Of a DNA stretch of 12,567 nt, positions 8,143 through 12,567 are shown piece by piece. Origin of the DNA: Sulfurimonadaceae bacterium. GTDB lineage: Bacteria; Campylobacterota; Campylobacteria; Campylobacterales; Sulfurimonadaceae. Position 1 is the stretch's first letter, and every line of letters begins with the position of its first letter. The notes beneath the pieces were generated by a model. That model made no database searches, had not been told where the DNA came from, and was given only the letters and a program-made list of their open reading frames with translations. Where the stretch lies: contig JBFESZ010000060.1 of assembly GCA_041548245.1 (NCBI GenBank), forward strand, positions 1-12,567, given 5' to 3'. The translations under genes were made by a program, and so were the position numbers.

Positions 8143-8547
8143 ATGAGATCACTACTGTTTTTCATCTTACTACAAGCCTTCTTGAACGCAGACGAGATCG
8201 TTATCATCACCCATACCAATGTCGCAAAACTCAATAAAGAGAATATCACCAAGGTCTATACAGGAAAACTTATTAAGATCAATAATGTCCCGATTATTCC
8301 GATTCATAGAAAAGAAAATAGTATAGAGAATGATTTTTTACAGCAATACCTTAATATGGACAGAGATAAATACATCGCATATTGGACGGTACGTCAATAT
8401 ATAGGAAAAGGGACGGCTCCAAAAGCACTTCGTTCGAGCAAAGAGGTTTTGAATTTTGTTAAGAACACCAAAGGTGCCGTTGCTTACATCACGAAAAAAG
8501 AGTTACGGGACAACCCTATTGAAGGGGTTCTTACCTTTGCCTATTGA
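8143..8547 (+). CDS. Small secreted periplasmic-binding-protein-like protein (often auto-annotated as phosphate ABC substrate-binding; function unknown)
   Basis: 134 aa with AGGAG RBS overlapping the porin stop and signal peptide MRSLLFFILLQAFLNA. Motifs IVII.H, L.K..I.K.Y.GK, Y..YW.....GKG.AP, V..FV..T.GAVAY, recognised by eye as the short PBP-like family found next to porins. Confidence 0.7.
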   Translation: MRSLLFFILLQAFLNADEIVIITHTNVAKLNKENITKVYTGKLIKINNVPIIPIHRKENSIENDFLQQYLNMDRDKYIAYWTVRQYIGKGTAPKALRSSKEVLNFVKNTKGAVAYITKKELRDNPIEGVLTFAY

Positions 8548-8556
8548 CAATTTAAT

Positions 8557-10269
8557 TTAAGACAGTTCGATTAAAAACGACACGCCACCGTTTTGATTAG
8601 TCGCTGTAATCTTTCCGGAAAGGTTATCCTCAATAATAATTTTTGACATGTACAATCCAAGTCCTGTTCCGTTCAATGAACCTTTGGTCGTATAATAGGG
8701 ATCAAATACCTTTTCGATAATTGCTTCATTAATCCCCCCTGCATTGTCATAGACTTCTATATAGAACCGATTGTCCTTCTTGTATGTCTTAATACCGATA
8801 CTCTTATCTTTGATCTGTTTATCATCAAAGGCTTCTTGGGCATTCTTCAACAAGTTGATAAGCACTTGCTTTAACTCATTAGGAAGACTTAGCAGGCTCT
8901 CATTACACTGATAGTCTCTCACTACAGCAATACCTGAGATCTTAAGTGTCGGTTCAAGAATACTCAACGAATCATCCGAAACAGCTTCCAGCGTCGTCTC
9001 CTGCATCGTCTTGTCCTCTTTGAAAAAGCTTCTGAAATCATCGATTGTCTTTGAGAGATGCTGTGTATACTCTGTTATTCTATTCAACTCTTTTTCCAAG
9101 AACTCGTCCGTAGTTTTACCCATTATCCGTTTCATCTGAAGCGTACCGACTGTGGCCGCGATGGAAGACAGAGGCTGTCTCCATTGATGTGCTATCATGG
9201 CTATCATCTCACCCATTTGTGCATGCCTTGCCTGCTTGAAAAGCTGTGTTTCCTGTGCTTTCTTCTCTCTTTCAAGCAGGGTCTGCTCCGTTATGTCATC
9301 ATAAACCCCCAGAATACCTATCACCTTATCATGGGTATCCACTAAAGGTACTTTCGATGTTCTTAAGTAAATGACACTGCCATCTTCTTTAGGCTGTTCC
9401 TCTTCATATTGAAGTTGAGGCACACCGCTATTTACGACCTTAGCATCATCTGCTCTGAATCTCTCGGCATCCTTTTTCCATGTCATATCGTAATCCGTCT
9501 TTCCTAGTATCTGTGATACCGAGCTTAGTTGTGCATCCTTCACAAATGCCTCATTGGCACCTAAATAGACACCATTCAGGTCTTTCCAAAAGATCCGTAC
9601 CGGTACAAGGTTGATAATATTTTGCAGAAACTTATGCTGGGTTTTGATAGAGTCTTTTGACGCTTTGAGCTCATATGTCTGTTTACGAGCGACGATTATG
9701 CTCCAGAAGAAAAAGGAAGCCGTCAACAATATAACGACGCTGATGATAAGAATCAATCTCTCAAACTGCTTTTTGGCTTCATCATCAAAACGATGAATTT
9801 CAGATTCCACAAACTGTTGAAAGACTTTAAACCCACGCATATATAACGCTTTGTATTCGTTATACTCTTCGCCAGACATTATCCTCTGTGCCCCTTGATA
9901 CTTCCCCTGTTTTACAAATTCAATTGCTTTTCGCTCCAAAGCGACCAATGCCTTATTACTCTTTTCGATATCATTCAGAGAAACAGTTGATTCAGGCATG
10001 ACTTCTTTAGCTTTTGCAATCGTTTTCGCCAGTTCTCTATCGGCTTTTTCATAACGTTCGATCCACTGAAGCGAATGCGACATTGCCGCCATGTTTGCTG
10101 ACATGCTCAAAACCTCGTCATAATATCGGATATCTTCCGCAAGGGTTATCAAAGCATCGGAATTTTTATGAAATTGGAATAAGCTGCCTTTTTGCTGGTT
10201 TAATAAAAGCAAAGAGCTCAGCAGTCCTAACATTACGACTATTCCAAGTATCAAAATTTTCTTTTTCAA
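8557..10269 (-). CDS. Membrane sensor histidine kinase (TM-periplasmic helical domain-TM-PAS-HisKA-HATPase_c), orphan
   Basis: 570 aa, TTG start with AAGG RBS, two TM segments. PAS (IFWKD..G.YLGAN..F, ILGKTDYD, SKVPL.D...VIGILGVYDDIT). H-box MGEMIAMIAHQWRQPL, NLLKNA, DNAGGI, FDPYYTTK, GTGLGL. Confidence 0.93.
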   Translation of the reverse strand: MKKKILILGIVVMLGLLSSLLLLNQQKGSLFQFHKNSDALITLAEDIRYYDEVLSMSANMAAMSHSLQWIERYEKADRELAKTIAKAKEVMPESTVSLNDIEKSNKALVALERKAIEFVKQGKYQGAQRIMSGEEYNEYKALYMRGFKVFQQFVESEIHRFDDEAKKQFERLILIISVVILLTASFFFWSIIVARKQTYELKASKDSIKTQHKFLQNIINLVPVRIFWKDLNGVYLGANEAFVKDAQLSSVSQILGKTDYDMTWKKDAERFRADDAKVVNSGVPQLQYEEEQPKEDGSVIYLRTSKVPLVDTHDKVIGILGVYDDITEQTLLEREKKAQETQLFKQARHAQMGEMIAMIAHQWRQPLSSIAATVGTLQMKRIMGKTTDEFLEKELNRITEYTQHLSKTIDDFRSFFKEDKTMQETTLEAVSDDSLSILEPTLKISGIAVVRDYQCNESLLSLPNELKQVLINLLKNAQEAFDDKQIKDKSIGIKTYKKDNRFYIEVYDNAGGINEAIIEKVFDPYYTTKGSLNGTGLGLYMSKIIIEDNLSGKITATNQNGGVSFLIELS

Positions 10270-10295
10270 AAAGCCAGCCTTACTCTATTTTTTTT

Positions 10296-10304
10296 ATTAT
10301 ATCA
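10296..10304 (-). promoter_or_regulatory. Extended -10 promoter (TGaTATAAT) for the orphan PAS kinase
   Basis: The reverse complement of ATTATATCA is TGATATAAT, a perfect extended -10, 26 nt upstream of the TTG start at 10269. Confidence 0.65.
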
Positions 10305-10355
10305 TTTTCCAAAAATGGCACGCTTGCAGTTAACCTTGTACCCTATCTGAAACAC

Positions 10356-11120
10356 TCAATCGGAGCCCTTCAGCATCGATGATGGACGACTCATAAATAC
10401 AATAGCGATCATGGTTGCCAGCGATCCTGTAAAGACAATGCTATACCCTGTCGGCAAGTCGAAAAGATAGGATATGACAATGGCACCCAGACTAAAGAAC
10501 CATCCGTAAACAAAGGCAAACCCCATCGGTTTAAAGCGCCTCTGAAGTGAGGCCAAGAGTGCCGGCGCGACCAAAAGAACAAAAACGACCAAGACTCCTG
10601 CCAATTGAACAGAAGAGGTTACTGTCACCGCGAGCATGCTAAAAAACACCAGCTCTTTGATGAAGCCCTCAAGCCGTGGGTAGACTTTCCATATCAATAT
10701 CCCTAAGAACAGATAAATGAGACTGCTATAGATGACATGCTCAATCGGTGTAAACAATATATCACTCGCAAGCAAAGCCTTGAAATGCTCCATCCCTTCG
10801 GCAGAATCGGCCAGTACCATCATGATACCACTGGCACCAAAGACATACAGGATTCCAATAAACGCCTCAAGGTTGATCGTTCGGCGTGTTGCAACCGAAA
10901 TAAACAGTGCACACAGCAGGGCAAAGCCCAAAGTTAAAAGATAGATATATTCGCTGTGAAAATAACCCAGACTGATAGCACTTCCTAATGCGGCAAACTG
11001 GGCAATAGCCAGATCAGTAAAGATAATGCCTCGCTCCAAAATTCCTTTTCCAAACCAAGCATGGATCATCACCAATACGATGACTAGAAGTGTCGAAGGT
11101 AAAAAGATATCAATCATCAT
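10356..11120 (-). CDS. Metal (Zn/Mn-type) ABC transporter permease, ZnuB/MntB-like
   Basis: Highly hydrophobic, about 254 aa. RGIIFTDLAIAQFAALG, EAFIGILY, L..DILF, VT.SVQLAGVLVVFVLLVAPA, SYLFDLPTGYSIV. Start moved to ATG 11120/11117, which overlaps the SBP stop, rather than the track start at 11144. Confidence 0.88.
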   Translation of the reverse strand: MMIDIFLPSTLLVIVLVMIHAWFGKGILERGIIFTDLAIAQFAALGSAISLGYFHSEYIYLLTLGFALLCALFISVATRRTINLEAFIGILYVFGASGIMMVLADSAEGMEHFKALLASDILFTPIEHVIYSSLIYLFLGILIWKVYPRLEGFIKELVFFSMLAVTVTSSVQLAGVLVVFVLLVAPALLASLQRRFKPMGFAFVYGWFFSLGAIVISYLFDLPTGYSIVFTGSLATMIAIVFMSRPSSMLKGSD

Positions 11121-11991
11121 GAACCGCTTGAGTAAGATAATCAAATAGCTCTACCAGCGAGTGGATTGAATCCAATGCACCGACATCATGAGGGATAATG
11201 ACAAGTTTCGCTCCTGTCTTTGCCGTGATGAACTCAGCAGTCTTTGTAGAGTGATAGACATCATGCAAAATACAGCGGACATGCTTTTTGTTCATCAGGT
11301 TTATCAACTCTAGCGTATGACGTGAGGAGGGCGGTATTCCCGGCAAAGGCTCAATGGTACCTACTGTCTTTAATCCGTAAGCCTGATTAAAATAGGCAAG
11401 AGAGTCATGAAACTGTACGACCTCCATGCCTTCTTTGTCTTGCATAATAGCCTTCCAGCGTTGCATGTGTGTACGCCATGTCCTATCGAACTGCTTGAAG
11501 TTTATCTCGTATTCTTGTGTATGCTCGGTATCAAGACGACCTAGAAACTTTGCGATACTTTGCGCCAAAAGAGGTATATTGTGGGGGTCCAGATGAAAAT
11601 GGGGGTTCCCTTCCGGATGGACATCTCCCATTGAACGGTCTACATTCTGCGGTTTTTGAATAAGGCTGACCTGATGGGAAAGGTTCAAAAAAGAGTCTGC
11701 ATTAGGCATAACTGCCCGATTGGATGCACGCCGTATCAAAGGAGGCAACCATCCTATCTCAAGTTGAGCACCGTTCATGATCAAAGCATCCGAACGCCTT
11801 AGTTTAGCGATTAAAGAAGGCCGAGGAACGACAAAATGTGGGTCCCAGTTTCCCTTGGCCAATACCGTCACCTCGACATGCTCTGCACCGATCTGTTCGA
11901 CAATAGCTCCTATGTAAGGATACGAGACAGCAACGTTAAGCTGTGCGAACAGTACCAGAGGCAAGATCAACAAGAAGAGAGACTTTTTCAT
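11110..11991 (-). CDS. Metal ABC transporter substrate-binding protein (TroA/ZnuA/AdcA cluster A-I family)
   Basis: 293 aa with signal peptide ending VLFA. His-ligand motifs DPHFV.P.PS, GDVHPEGNPHFHLDP, FHDSLAYF, plus EP.PGIPPS..H. AGGA RBS overlaps the upstream stop. Confidence 0.92.
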   Translation of the reverse strand: MKKSLFLLILPLVLFAQLNVAVSYPYIGAIVEQIGAEHVEVTVLAKGNWDPHFVVPRPSLIAKLRRSDALIMNGAQLEIGWLPPLIRRASNRAVMPNADSFLNLSHQVSLIQKPQNVDRSMGDVHPEGNPHFHLDPHNIPLLAQSIAKFLGRLDTEHTQEYEINFKQFDRTWRTHMQRWKAIMQDKEGMEVVQFHDSLAYFNQAYGLKTVGTIEPLPGIPPSSRHTLELINLMNKKHVRCILHDVYHSTKTAEFITAKTGAKLVIIPHDVGALDSIHSLVELFDYLTQAVHDD

Positions 11992-12000
11992 CTGCCAATC

Positions 12001-12567
12001 CTAAAAATCATGCGCGGCATGTGCACCGATAGCAAGGTTGAAAGAGAGTATCAATGACTGAACTGCCTCTTTTTCATAACCGGCAGCCGTTTCTGCATAC
12101 AAGGCAGCATTGTAGTTATATTGCAGGCGCAAACGGCTGAACTCGCTGAAATGGTACTCGAGCATGGCAGTATAGCGTTCATACGCTGTTGAAGGCAATA
12201 CTGTTTCAACAACTGCCATTTCATTCTTGTAGATGGCATCATAACGTGCTCCCATCCGCCAGTTCTGATCATGGGCATAGAGCAATTGTGTATAGATCCC
12301 TTCTTGAGCAACCTTCTGCTCTCCAGAATTAATCAGGACATTATTTTCATATTCATAATATGTACCTTTTTGCTCTTTGCGCATCCATTCGCTTTGCCAT
12401 GTCATAAAACTGTACGAATCAAAATCGTGCTTTACTGTCAGTTCCGCATTGTATATCCAACTGACTCCGCTAAACGCTTCTTCAACACCTTCATGCAAAT
12501 GATAACTTCTTGTCTCGCCATAGACATAGGCGAGACCCGGGATCACTGTTGTTTCACCAATATCAAA
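12001..12567 (-). CDS. C-terminal part of an outer-membrane beta-barrel protein with His-containing tail (metal-uptake associated); 5' end outside the window
   Basis: The frame is open to the window edge (FDIGETTVIPG...), so the track's GTG start at 12546 is internal. Amphipathic strands GIYTQLLY, WRMGARYD, SEFSRLRLQYNY. C-terminus IGAHAAHDF ends in Phe. Confidence 0.8.
   Translation of the reverse strand, partial: FDIGETTVIPGLAYVYGETRSYHLHEGVEEAFSGVSWIYNAELTVKHDFDSYSFMTWQSEWMRKEQKGTYYEYENNVLINSGEQKVAQEGIYTQLLYAHDQNWRMGARYDAIYKNEMAVVETVLPSTAYERYTAMLEYHFSEFSRLRLQYNYNAALYAETAAGYEKEAVQSLILSFNLAIGAHAAHDF

Noticed and set aside
8143-8547. Calling the 134-aa protein pstS
   Set aside because: Far shorter than a true PstS, and no pstCAB genes are nearby.
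10316-10329. TGGCACGCTTGCA resembling a sigma54 promoter
   Set aside because: GG-to-GC spacing is 7 nt rather than the required 10, and it points away from the nearest gene start.
10357-10370. CAATCGGAGCCCTT resembling the tRNA 3' end (ATCCGGAGCCACTT) as a possible attR
   Set aside because: Only a 7-bp exact match (CGGAGCC) and it lies inside the last codons of the permease. Its position at the edge of the signalling block is suggestive but insufficient without comparative genomes.
7124-12311. Further overlapping ORFs (7124-7417, 7568-7762, 9058-9345, 9611-9796, 10014-10382, 10732-10944, 10737-10937, 11836-12057, 12051-12311)
   Set aside because: They overlap confident CDSs in other frames or strands with no supporting motifs.
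1-12567. CRISPR array, IS element, integrase or prophage genes
   Set aside because: No regularly spaced repeats, terminal inverted repeats, or recombinase or phage motifs were found on either strand.

Overview
A 12.6-kb bacterial window, most likely Campylobacterota (Sulfurovum/Sulfurimonas-like). That is inferred from the MIAHQWRQPL-type kinase H-box, the MDENMP receiver motif and TGn-TAnAAT extended -10 promoters without clear -35 boxes. In order, the + strand carries tRNA-Asn(GTT), a soluble GAF hybrid histidine kinase and a stand-alone DUF3050/heme-oxygenase-like diiron protein. A tightly coupled four-gene operon follows: membrane hybrid kinase with HAMP-HisKA-HATPase-REC-Hpt, REC-HD-GYP c-di-GMP phosphodiesterase, outer-membrane beta-barrel, and a 134-aa secreted PBP-like protein. 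The minus strand carries a convergent orphan PAS sensor kinase and a Zn/Mn-type uptake operon (His-tailed OM protein running off the right edge, TroA/ZnuA-family binding protein, permease), with no ATPase in the window. The best candidate for an undescribed system is the kinase + HD-GYP + porin + mini-PBP operon, a possible envelope-spanning sensing module controlling c-di-GMP. It is flanked by a second kinase with a related periplasmic domain and by an orphan diiron oxidase that could make or modify a signal. No integrase, transposase or CRISPR array was seen. All family assignments are from motif recognition by eye, not database searches.
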